A stretch of DNA of 44,480 bases, taken from NCBI GenBank assembly GCA_031409655.1, contig JANNXQ010000248.1:1-44480 (forward strand). The letters run 5' to 3'. Positions 36,723-44,480 of this stretch are shown here, piece by piece. The notes under the pieces are model-generated. The model saw only the letters and a list, made by a program, of their open reading frames with translations, was not told the DNA's origin and did not search any database. Every line of letters starts with the position of its first letter. The stretch's first letter is position 1. This DNA comes from Chthoniobacteraceae bacterium. Lineage in GTDB: Bacteria > Verrucomicrobiota > Verrucomicrobiia > Chthoniobacterales > Chthoniobacteraceae. Made by a program: the position numbers and the translations under genes.

Positions 36723-37901
36723 ATGACCGCCACAACTTTACAAACCAAGCCCATCGCCCTGAAAATCCGCAATCGGCCATGGTGGTTACCGACCTCTGCT
36801 GCGGCGGTCCTGGCGATTGTCACATTGGGCCTCTTTTCGGCCCCGCTCCGCTCGGTCGCTCAATTGCCGACGGTGCGGATTCTCGATACGCACGGCTCCA
36901 CCAATGAGAGCAACTGGACGGTGGTGACAACTCGGTACACTTTCACGTCTCCGCGCAATATCGTTCTGGACAACGGCCTCATCCGGATCACTTACCCGCC
37001 CTCAAATCAGGACGAAAAGGCGGGCCATGTCTTGTGGGTCAAAATCGGCGGCGTGTATCAGGTGGCAGGAGATACCGAGTTCGGCGACTGGACTTACACG
37101 GGCAGCAGTTTCACCGACCAGAATTCTGATTTCACCATTCTTGAAAACAATGCCGAGGTCGCGCGGATCCGGATCAGTTTTCATTTCCACCGCCACCAGT
37201 GGCAAAATAACGTACCGTTTCCGGTGCATAAGACCATCGTCCTGCGCCGTGGATCGTGGGGCTATCGGGCACTCCTCGAGGTGGCGAGCGACCTGCCCGG
37301 AGAACGCGAGGTGGGCTTTGGCGGAACGACGACCCATCTCTTCACTTACACGAATAAGATGGGGATCCTCTGGAATCCTTACCAGCCGCCTTCGCAGGAG
37401 TTTGGCACAGACGACGTCTGGGTCCGCGATACCGGGCAGCCGAGCGGCGATTGGTGGGGCGCCAGTCTCGCGTTCAGCAACAGCTTTTACCGGCTGGTGT
37501 CGCTCCGGCCGGGGAATCCGGCTGGGTTGCGCACGGGCCAATTCCCCGGGGGACTGACCGGGAACCTGATCCATTGGGCTTTTGAGGGATTTAAGAACTA
37601 CGAAGCATTCATCGCGGCGGTGCCGTATGACGGCTCGATGGCCGCGCGCGTGACGGTCAGTAATGGCTTTGCGACGGTCAATGCGCCCAAGGCCGGCACC
37701 TATAGCATCTACACACGATCGAATAGCGGGCGCCGGCTTACTTACACACCGGCGAAAACTAACATCACGCTTGGGGCCGGCTCCAACACCGTGGACGTGC
37801 GGGGTCTTTCCCTCTTGGCGCCCATCCTCGTACCGGTGTCGGATGGCGTGAATCTGCCGGAAGACATCTCGCTCAAGTATCGCAACGGAAATTTCGATTG
37901 A
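36723..37901 (+). CDS. hypothetical secreted beta-rich protein
   Basis: 392-aa ORF, N-terminal hydrophobic segment ending SVA-Q; rich in T/N/G/W/F; IVLDNGLIRITY. Confidence 0.82.
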   Translation: MTATTLQTKPIALKIRNRPWWLPTSAAAVLAIVTLGLFSAPLRSVAQLPTVRILDTHGSTNESNWTVVTTRYTFTSPRNIVLDNGLIRITYPPSNQDEKAGHVLWVKIGGVYQVAGDTEFGDWTYTGSSFTDQNSDFTILENNAEVARIRISFHFHRHQWQNNVPFPVHKTIVLRRGSWGYRALLEVASDLPGEREVGFGGTTTHLFTYTNKMGILWNPYQPPSQEFGTDDVWVRDTGQPSGDWWGASLAFSNSFYRLVSLRPGNPAGLRTGQFPGGLTGNLIHWAFEGFKNYEAFIAAVPYDGSMAARVTVSNGFATVNAPKAGTYSIYTRSNSGRRLTYTPAKTNITLGAGSNTVDVRGLSLLAPILVPVSDGVNLPEDISLKYRNGNFD

Positions 37902-37904
37902 GCC

Positions 37905-37933
37905 ACTGGCCGAAGGCTCCATGCTTCGGCAGT
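37905..37933. terminator. hairpin directly after stop, between convergent genes
   Basis: act-g-GCCGAAG-gctccatg-CTTCGGC-agt; no strong U tract. Confidence 0.3.
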
Positions 37934-38101
37934 CTTCCCCAGCAAACCGGGTCTGCTCCTGCTTTCCCGTCCTGCGGAGGACGGAGCGTCATCGAAAATC
38001 CGATCGCAGGAACTACGCGCGGCGCGTCCCCGCCCCGCTATTTTCCCGCGCCCAGCCGCGAGCGATTGTTGGCAGCCAATTGATGAAGAAGAGAAGGCAA
38101 C

Positions 38102-40534
38102 TCACCCCCGTCTCCGCATCTGCGCACCAGTCAGTGGGGGAAGATCGAAGACCGTCGGCGATGTCGTGCTCTCGATGAATTGCGCGGCCACCGTCTTCAG
38201 TTCGCGCCAGCGCGGCCAGTCGAAATCCGGCGCCCAGACGATGTGCCGCAGCAGGCTGCGCCATTCGATGAGCCCGCGTTCAAGATCACCGGAACGCAGA
38301 AACTCCGTGAGCAACTTCTGCCGCGGCGTGCTGTGTTCGAGGATCTCGCGGACCATCTCGCTCGCCCCGGCGCCGTAGTTCAGCGGCACGCCCATCTCCA
38401 GATAGCCCGGGAGATCGGCGCGTTCATAGGTCCGCTGACAGAGCGCGCCAAGCCGGCCGCCGAGTGGCGGATCATCCCCCGCGAAACGCGGCCCTGCGCG
38501 CAAGTTTGCGAGATCGAAGACGAGATCGGAAATCGCGTAACTCTCATCCTCCAGGGCCGCGGCGATCGCCAGCCCCTCACCTTGATGGAAGAAGCTGAAG
38601 ATAATCCCGCGCCGCGTCGGATGGCCGTGGGGATCGATCACGCCGAGTTGCCGCCACGAGTAGGCAGGCGACTGGACGATCTCCACCTTCTCGCAATACG
38701 TGGAGAACTCCGCGCACCCGCGACACGGCAGCGGGAGATCGCGCCGCGTGGGCGGATCAAGCAGCGCGCTGCCCAGCGAATCGCGCCAGGCCGGGACGCG
38801 CCGTTCATCGAAACGAATGCGCACGACGAGCTGCTCGCCGCGCGGCACCATCGCGTCGAGTACGCCGCCGGTGAGTTCGGTGAAGCGCGCGAAGACCTCG
38901 CGATCCAGCCCCGCCAGATCGAGCCGCGGCATGTGCAGCACTCGCTTCAGCCAGGGCGCGAGGGAAAGCGAGCCATCACTCCGGCGCGTGCCCAGCGGAG
39001 CTTCGCGCCCATACTTTTTCTCCGCCCCGCTGCCCAGCTTGCACAGTCCCCCGATCCCGATGCCCTCCAAGGTGCGCGCCAATGCCAAGGCGGGCCTCCA
39101 CCGTCCGTGCTCCAGCAGGAGGGCGTCGCCAAGCCGCACCTCTTCCGTGCGCTCGGGCCGCGGCTCCCACTCGCCGCGCGAGTTCGTCATCTCGATCATC
39201 CCACGCCGCGCAAATCGCGCCCGCTCCGCGTCGATCTCAAACCCGCACGGCATCGGTCCCGTGGCGCGCGCACGCTCGACTCCGAGCGAAATCTCGTGCG
39301 GCGTGAAGAGCCGTCGATTCAACTCCAAGGCTGCGGCGAACGGCTCCGCACCTCGCTTCACCGCCGCGTGCATCACGGCAATCGCCGTCGGCCAGTCCGT
39401 CTGCGTCGCGCGCTTGAGCTGCCGCGCGCGGGCATCGTGCAGTCGCGGCGTGCGGTCACTGATCAGCGCAAAACCCACATCATCCAGCCCCCGCCGTCCC
39501 GCGCGTCCGAACATCTGCAGCAGTTCATCCGGCTGCACCTGTTTCTCGTAAGGCCCCGCCATATAGCGCGTGTCGGTGATGACCACGGAGCGCATGGAAA
39601 AATTAATCCCCGCCGCGAGTCCCATCGTCGCGACGACCGCACGCAATTGCCCCGCTTTGGTCAGCGGCTCGATCAAGCCCGCGCGCTGCGCGTAGCTCAA
39701 GCCGCTGTGATGGAAGGCCACGCGACTTTTGATCAGCCGCGCCAGTCGCGGGCCGGCGAGTTGCTCCTGCGCGGGCGAAAGCGTCAGCGGTTCGTCCGGA
39801 GGCAGCGTGGCCGCGAGTTCGCGAGCCAGGTCTTCGGCTGCATTGCGCCGCGGCGCAAAAAGGAGCACCGGCCCGAGCTCCGCGCGCAGGGCATTCGTGA
39901 TCAGCCGCGGCCATTCGCCCCGCACATTTGCCGGCGCCTTGTTGGGCAGCGCGTAGAGATCCACCTCCTGCAGCGGCACGGGCCGCTCGCCATGCGTGAT
40001 GAGCACGGCGTCGCGCCCGATCCGCCGCAGCCACGCCACGATGTCCTGCGGATTCGCCACGCTCCCGCTGAGCAGCAGGAGCTGCGTCTCGGGCGGCGCA
40101 AGCGCGAGCGCCAGCTCGTAGTTCACCCCGCGCACGGCATCGCTGATCATCTGATATTCATCCACCACGAAAAGCCGCGGCCCGATGCGCGCGAGGAATT
40201 TCCCCTTCTGCGTCTCCAGGGTGGCCACGATGATTTTCGCATCGAGCCGATAGGCCAGGTCGCCCGTCGCGATGCCCACGTCCCAGCCGAGCGCCCGCCA
40301 TTCCGCCAGCTTGTCATTGGCCAGCGCGCGCGTCGGCACCGTGAAGACTGCCTGCCCGCGCATCTCGGGTTGGAAGAGATCGAAGATGTAAGTTTTCCCC
40401 GCACCCGTCGGCGCATGGACCACCACATCCTGCCCGGCGCGCAAGGCGCGCACGGCTTGCTGCTGCCAGAGGTCCGGGATGACCAGCGAGCGCGCCAAAG
40501 GATGGTGGGTCTGTTGGACGGAAGGTTGCATCAC
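38102..40534 (-). CDS. Ski2/HelY-like superfamily 2 helicase
   Basis: APTGAGKT, VPTRALAN, VDEYQ, LSGS, AFHHSGL, ATMGLAAGIN, QMFGRAGRRG. Confidence 0.9.
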   Translation of the reverse strand: MMQPSVQQTHHPLARSLVIPDLWQQQAVRALRAGQDVVVHAPTGAGKTYIFDLFQPEMRGQAVFTVPTRALANDKLAEWRALGWDVGIATGDLAYRLDAKIIVATLETQKGKFLARIGPRLFVVDEYQMISDAVRGVNYELALALAPPETQLLLLSGSVANPQDIVAWLRRIGRDAVLITHGERPVPLQEVDLYALPNKAPANVRGEWPRLITNALRAELGPVLLFAPRRNAAEDLARELAATLPPDEPLTLSPAQEQLAGPRLARLIKSRVAFHHSGLSYAQRAGLIEPLTKAGQLRAVVATMGLAAGINFSMRSVVITDTRYMAGPYEKQVQPDELLQMFGRAGRRGLDDVGFALISDRTPRLHDARARQLKRATQTDWPTAIAVMHAAVKRGAEPFAAALELNRRLFTPHEISLGVERARATGPMPCGFEIDAERARFARRGMIEMTNSRGEWEPRPERTEEVRLGDALLLEHGRWRPALALARTLEGIGIGGLCKLGSGAEKKYGREAPLGTRRSDGSLSLAPWLKRVLHMPRLDLAGLDREVFARFTELTGGVLDAMVPRGEQLVVRIRFDERRVPAWRDSLGSALLDPPTRRDLPLPCRGCAEFSTYCEKVEIVQSPAYSWRQLGVIDPHGHPTRRGIIFSFFHQGEGLAIAAALEDESYAISDLVFDLANLRAGPRFAGDDPPLGGRLGALCQRTYERADLPGYLEMGVPLNYGAGASEMVREILEHSTPRQKLLTEFLRSGDLERGLIEWRSLLRHIVWAPDFDWPRWRELKTVAAQFIESTTSPTVFDLPPLTGAQMRRRG

Positions 40535-40614
40535 GGGCCCGACGTTTCGTTGCAGGTTCGGCTTAGCAAAGCGCGCCTTCCTCCATTAGTCCATTCGTCC
40601 ACCAGTCCATTCCG

Positions 40615-41541
40615 ATGTCCGATTCTCCCGAAAAAAACGTCCCCCTCGCCGAGGTCGGTCGCTACCGCGATCTCGCCGCGGCCCGCGAGCGGGCGCTGGT
40701 GGCGGCCTCACGGGAAGTCGTGCACAGCCTGGATCGCGACGGCGAGGAATGGGTGCTGCGCGTCGATCTGAGCGCGCGCGGCGAGGTGCTCCACGAGCTC
40801 GCGCTCTTCGAGATCGAGCAGCAGCAACGCCCCGCCGAGGCCACGCTCGTGCCGATGGGGAAAGTGCAGACACTCTCGCTCTACGTTGCCGCGTGGCTGC
40901 TCGGCACCTGTTTCTTTCTGCAAAATATCGCGCCACCGGCGCTGGTGGACTGCGGGGTGGCTTCGAGCCGCGCGATCATCGGCCGTGGGGAATGGTGGCG
41001 CACCTTCACCGCGCTCACGCTGCACGCCGACGGGCCGCATGTGGTCGCAAACCTCGCCACCGGCCTGCTCTTCGCCGCCTTCCTCCTCCCGCAACTCGGC
41101 ACCGGCGTCACCTGGCTCGCCATCGTATTGAGCGGCGCGCTCGGCAATGCCATCAACTCCTGGGCCTATCGCGGCGAGGCGCACCATACGATCGGCGCAT
41201 CCACCGCAGTCTTCGGCGCGCTCGGACTTTTGGTGAGCGTGGATTTCCTCGCGCGCTTCTCCTCCCCGCACACCCGTAGCCGCTGGCAGCTCGTCCTCCC
41301 CGTCGGCGCGGGACTCGCGCTGCTCGCCTATCTCGGCTCCGGCGGTGAAACCGAACACCAGCGCGAAGACATCGACTACATGGCGCACTTCTGGGGCTTC
41401 ATTGCCGGACTCGCCCTCGGCGCCATCGCCACGTTGCTCAAGATGCGCGCACGCGTGCCGCCCTCCGGCCAGCGTCTCGCCGCCATCACCGCCATCGCCC
41501 TCCTCGCCCTCGCCTGGCACCTCGCCCTGCGCGCACGGTAG
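40615..41541 (+). CDS. rhomboid family intramembrane serine protease
   Basis: GEWWRTFTALTLH, HVVAN, GASTAVFG (catalytic Ser), AHFWG (catalytic His). Confidence 0.93.
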   Translation: MSDSPEKNVPLAEVGRYRDLAAARERALVAASREVVHSLDRDGEEWVLRVDLSARGEVLHELALFEIEQQQRPAEATLVPMGKVQTLSLYVAAWLLGTCFFLQNIAPPALVDCGVASSRAIIGRGEWWRTFTALTLHADGPHVVANLATGLLFAAFLLPQLGTGVTWLAIVLSGALGNAINSWAYRGEAHHTIGASTAVFGALGLLVSVDFLARFSSPHTRSRWQLVLPVGAGLALLAYLGSGGETEHQREDIDYMAHFWGFIAGLALGAIATLLKMRARVPPSGQRLAAITAIALLALAWHLALRAR

Positions 41542-41569
41542 CGGAACTTGGATTCCACCGAAGCTGCGA

Positions 41570-41657
41570 CCACAGATCACACAGATAGCACAGATAAGAT
41601 GAGGCAAGAGACGGCACCGCTCCCTGCCCCCATCTGTGTCATCTGTGAAATCTGTGG
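41570..41657. repeat. inverted pair of triple CACAGAT repeats
   Basis: CACAGAT at 41571, 41580, 41589 and ATCTGTG at 41632, 41641, 41650; exact 9-bp period with variable 2-nt linkers. Confidence 0.88.
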
Positions 41658-41703
41658 GCGCATCATCCGAGCCATCCCGGGTCCCGATCCAGGCAATCCC
41701 AGG

Positions 41704-42162
41704 TCACTCCGTCGAGACGCTCGCCTGGCCCGTGGATTGCCCGAGCGCCTGCTCAAAGGCCCGCCACGCCAGCATTGCGCACTTCACCCGTTGCGGAAAT
41801 TTCCGCACGCCCTGCAGCAGCCGCAGATCCCCGAGCATCTGCGGCGGCTCCGCGACATCGCTCGTCACCAGATCGTGAAATGCGCCGAGCATCGCGACCG
41901 CTTCCTCGCGGCTCCGCCCCTTCAGCTTCAGCGTCATCAGCGACGCCGACGCCTGACTGATCGCGCACCCCTGCCCCGTGAACTTCACGTCCTCCACTTT
42001 CCCATCCGCGCCAAATCTCACGTGCAGATGGATCTCATCCCCGCACGCAGGATTGTCGCCATGCACGGTGATCGCGCCTTCCGCGAGCTCGCCGAAATTC
42101 CGCGGACGTTTCGAGTGATCGAGGATCACCTCCTGATAGAGCTCTTCGAGTTCCGAACTCAT
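41704..42162 (-). CDS. sufU: SUF system NifU-family sulfur transfer protein
   Basis: LYQEVILDH, NPACGD, GCAISQASAS, RVKCA. Confidence 0.93.
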   Translation of the reverse strand: MSSELEELYQEVILDHSKRPRNFGELAEGAITVHGDNPACGDEIHLHVRFGADGKVEDVKFTGQGCAISQASASLMTLKLKGRSREEAVAMLGAFHDLVTSDVAEPPQMLGDLRLLQGVRKFPQRVKCAMLAWRAFEQALGQSTGQASVSTE

Positions 42163-43385
42163 GCGAAGAAGCGGTGCGCCGCAGTCAGGATTTCGATCAT
42201 CCGATCCACTTCGGCACGGGAGTTGTAAAAGTAGAAGCTCGCGCGCGTCGTGCCCGGCAGCTTCATCTTCCGCATCAGCGGCTGGTTGCAGTGATGCCCG
42301 CCGCGCAGGGCGAGGCCGTGTTCATTGGCGAAGGTGGTGAGGTCATGCGGATGCGCGCAGTCCATGACGAAGCCGACCAGCCCGCCTCGTCCTTCGCGCG
42401 GGCCGAGGACGCGCAGCCCGGGAAGCTCCGCCATCCGCTCCAGCGCATATTGGGTGAGATCGGAATCGTGCGCGAAGATGCGGTCGCGACCGATCGCTTC
42501 GAGATAGTCGATCGCCGCCCCGAGCCCCACCGCACCCGCGATGTTCGGCGTGCCTGCTTCAAACCTATACGGTGCCGGCTTGAAGGTGCTGCTCTCGTAA
42601 GTCACGCTCACGATCATCTCCCCGCCGCCCTGCCACGGCGGCATCGCCTCGAGCAGCGCCCGCCGTCCATAGAGCACGCCGCTGCCTGTCGGCGCGCACA
42701 TTTTGTGGCCCGAGAAGACGAGAAAATCGCAGCCCAGAGCCTGCACATCGAGCGGCAGATGCCCCGCACTCTGCGCCGCATCCACCAGGGTCACGGCTCC
42801 CACCACGCGCGCGGCCGCGCACAGTTCCGCGACGGGATTGATCGTCCCGAGCGAGTTCGAGATGTGCGTGAAAGCGAAGATCTTCACCTCCGGCGTGAGC
42901 AGCGTCGCGAGGTCGTCGAGCGCCAGCGTGCCATCGTCCCGCACAGGCACGAAGCGCAGGCGCGCACCCGTCCGCTGCGCGAGGAGCTGCCACGGCACCA
43001 GATTGCTGTGATGCTCCATCTCCGTGAGCAGGATCACGTCGCCCGTCTTGAGATTCGCGCCGCCCCAGGATTGCGCCACGAGATTGATCCCCTCCGTCGT
43101 CCCCCGCGTAAAAACGATCTCCTCGACACTCGCCGCGCCGAGGAACTTCGCCACCTTCGCCCGCGCTCCTTCGTAAGCCTCCGTGGCGCGCGTGCTCAGC
43201 TCATGCAGTCCGCGATGCACGTTGGCATTGTCGTGTTCGTAGAAGTGCGTGATCGCATCGATCACCGCGCGCGGCTTCTGCGAACTCGCCGCATTGTCAA
43301 AATAGATGATCGGCTTTCCGTGGACCTCCTCGCGGAGGATCGGAAACTCGGCGCGGATCGCGTCCCAATCTGGCATCGTCTTCAT
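42159..43385 (-). CDS. sufS: SufS family cysteine desulfurase
   Basis: YFDNAASSQKP, ANVHRG, EHHSN, FSGHKM (PLP Lys), EAGTP, RGGHHC; start trimmed to ATG 43385 overlapping the OsmC stop. Confidence 0.94.
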   Translation of the reverse strand: MKTMPDWDAIRAEFPILREEVHGKPIIYFDNAASSQKPRAVIDAITHFYEHDNANVHRGLHELSTRATEAYEGARAKVAKFLGAASVEEIVFTRGTTEGINLVAQSWGGANLKTGDVILLTEMEHHSNLVPWQLLAQRTGARLRFVPVRDDGTLALDDLATLLTPEVKIFAFTHISNSLGTINPVAELCAAARVVGAVTLVDAAQSAGHLPLDVQALGCDFLVFSGHKMCAPTGSGVLYGRRALLEAMPPWQGGGEMIVSVTYESSTFKPAPYRFEAGTPNIAGAVGLGAAIDYLEAIGRDRIFAHDSDLTQYALERMAELPGLRVLGPREGRGGLVGFVMDCAHPHDLTTFANEHGLALRGGHHCNQPLMRKMKLPGTTRASFYFYNSRAEVDRMIEILTAAHRFFA

Positions 43386-43795
43386 CCCTCCCAGATAAAC
43401 GTCATCGGCTTTTCCACCTCCGGATGCAGACTTTGATGCACGGGACACGTCAGCGCCGCGCGCTCCAGCGTCTCGCGATGCGGATGCGTCGGCGCCAGCG
43501 GTCCACGCACCTCGGTCGTCAGCCGCGCGATCCGACGGATCGGCACACTCGTCATCTCCTTCGTCACCAGGACCGTCATCCCCCGCAGCTCGATCCCGTG
43601 CCGCGCCGCAAAGATCCCCAATGTCGTCGCCACACAAGTCCCGAGCGCCGCGGCCACCAGGTCCGTTGGGGAAAAGGATTCGCCTTTGCCCTGATTATCC
43701 ACGGGCGCATCCGTGAAGAAGGAATTGGCCGACGGGCCGTGGGTCGTGCGGCAGCGGAGATCGCCGAGATATTCGGTGGAAATGGGAACGCTCAT
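43382..43795 (-). CDS. OsmC/YhfA family protein
   Basis: TDAPVDNQGKGESFSPTDLVAAALGTC ... CPVHQSL (two conserved Cys). Confidence 0.9.
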   Translation of the reverse strand: MSVPISTEYLGDLRCRTTHGPSANSFFTDAPVDNQGKGESFSPTDLVAAALGTCVATTLGIFAARHGIELRGMTVLVTKEMTSVPIRRIARLTTEVRGPLAPTHPHRETLERAALTCPVHQSLHPEVEKPMTFIWEG

Positions 43796-43874
43796 CCGCT
43801 GTGTCATCCCTTGAATCCCAGCGCGCGTCCAGAGGAACCCGCCGCACGAGCGCTCGCTGCCGAACCGCTGCCCC

Positions 43875-44342
43875 TCAGGTTTCGCTCTCGCCGCCTTCTT
43901 TGCCGTTTTCCTCGAGCTGCTTGAGCACGTCGCTGCGGTCTTCCACTTCGTCCCACACTTCGCGGCTCACATAGACCGGGGCGCCGTGAGCGATGGCGAG
44001 GGCGATGCAATCGCTCGGGCGACCGTCGATCTCGATGATCTTCCGCTCGTGCAGCTCATTCTCGGCGCTGATGATCAGGCGCGCGAAATAGGTCTCGCTC
44101 TTGAGATCATTGATGATGACGCGTTCCACTTTCGCGCCGAGCGCGGCGAGGAGGTGACCGATGAGGTCGTGCGTGAGCGGACGCTCCTTTGGCGTGCGAT
44201 TCATAAACATGGTGATCGCCGCTCCGACACTGTCGTCCACGTAGATCACGAAGACTTTTTCCTCATTCCCGACGAAGACGGCGCGCCCTGCGTTGAAGGG
44301 CAGAACGGTGCGGATCTCGACCGGGACGACGGTTTTACTCAT
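43875..44342 (-). CDS. bifunctional nuclease (DUF151) family protein
   Basis: RPLTHDL, VIINDLKSETYFARL, DGRPSDCIALA; start trimmed to MSKTVV. Confidence 0.9.
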   Translation of the reverse strand: MSKTVVPVEIRTVLPFNAGRAVFVGNEEKVFVIYVDDSVGAAITMFMNRTPKERPLTHDLIGHLLAALGAKVERVIINDLKSETYFARLIISAENELHERKIIEIDGRPSDCIALAIAHGAPVYVSREVWDEVEDRSDVLKQLEENGKEGGESET

Positions 44343-44480
44343 GCGGCGGGAATGTCGAACGGAGGGGTGCGGGTGTCGAGGGGGAAAAAGCGCGCGAACC
44401 TGTCTGGAAACGATGATCCGACGCACCACCAAGGAGCAGGGGCGGCCCCGCGCGCATTTCAAACACAGCCCGGGGCCCCC

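Noticed and set aside
38180..40771. 863-aa plus-strand ORF and other long ORFs (78-1124, 7429-8865, 10035-11930, 13254-14624, 15709-17643, 33658-35094, 42174-43436)
   Set aside because: Antisense or off-frame shadows of well-supported genes in high-GC DNA, with no recognisable motifs

Overview
GC-rich bacterial chromosomal window, most consistent with Verrucomicrobiota (inference from the prepilin/H-Xn-DG protein, the C-terminal tail of the S8 protease, lpxI use and the repeat types). About 36 credible genes. Housekeeping: purE/purK, tsaC/sua5, murJ, grpE/dnaJ, lpxI/lpxB, sufS/sufU. Accessory modules: a multidomain kexin-like S8 protease; a pseudopilin plus ABC-exporter operon; a Fur-boxed ferredoxin-dps-unknown-exbBD-tonB operon; a MarR-TolC operon with a clear operator; a STAS/PP2C module coupled to grpE-dnaJ; and a ~7 kb block encoding a zinc-ribbon/class III cyclase/STAND NTPase/TPR protein with guanylyl-cyclase-like specificity residues, a lipoprotein alpha/beta hydrolase, an NPA-motif (FadL-like) outer-membrane barrel and a divergent acyltransferase-3. 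Six intergenic palindromic elements of three architectures are present; four occupy consecutive spacers of one gene run and two supply the stop codon of the upstream gene. No rRNA, credible tRNA, CRISPR array, transposase or integrase was seen. All calls come from motif recognition by eye; no database search was run.
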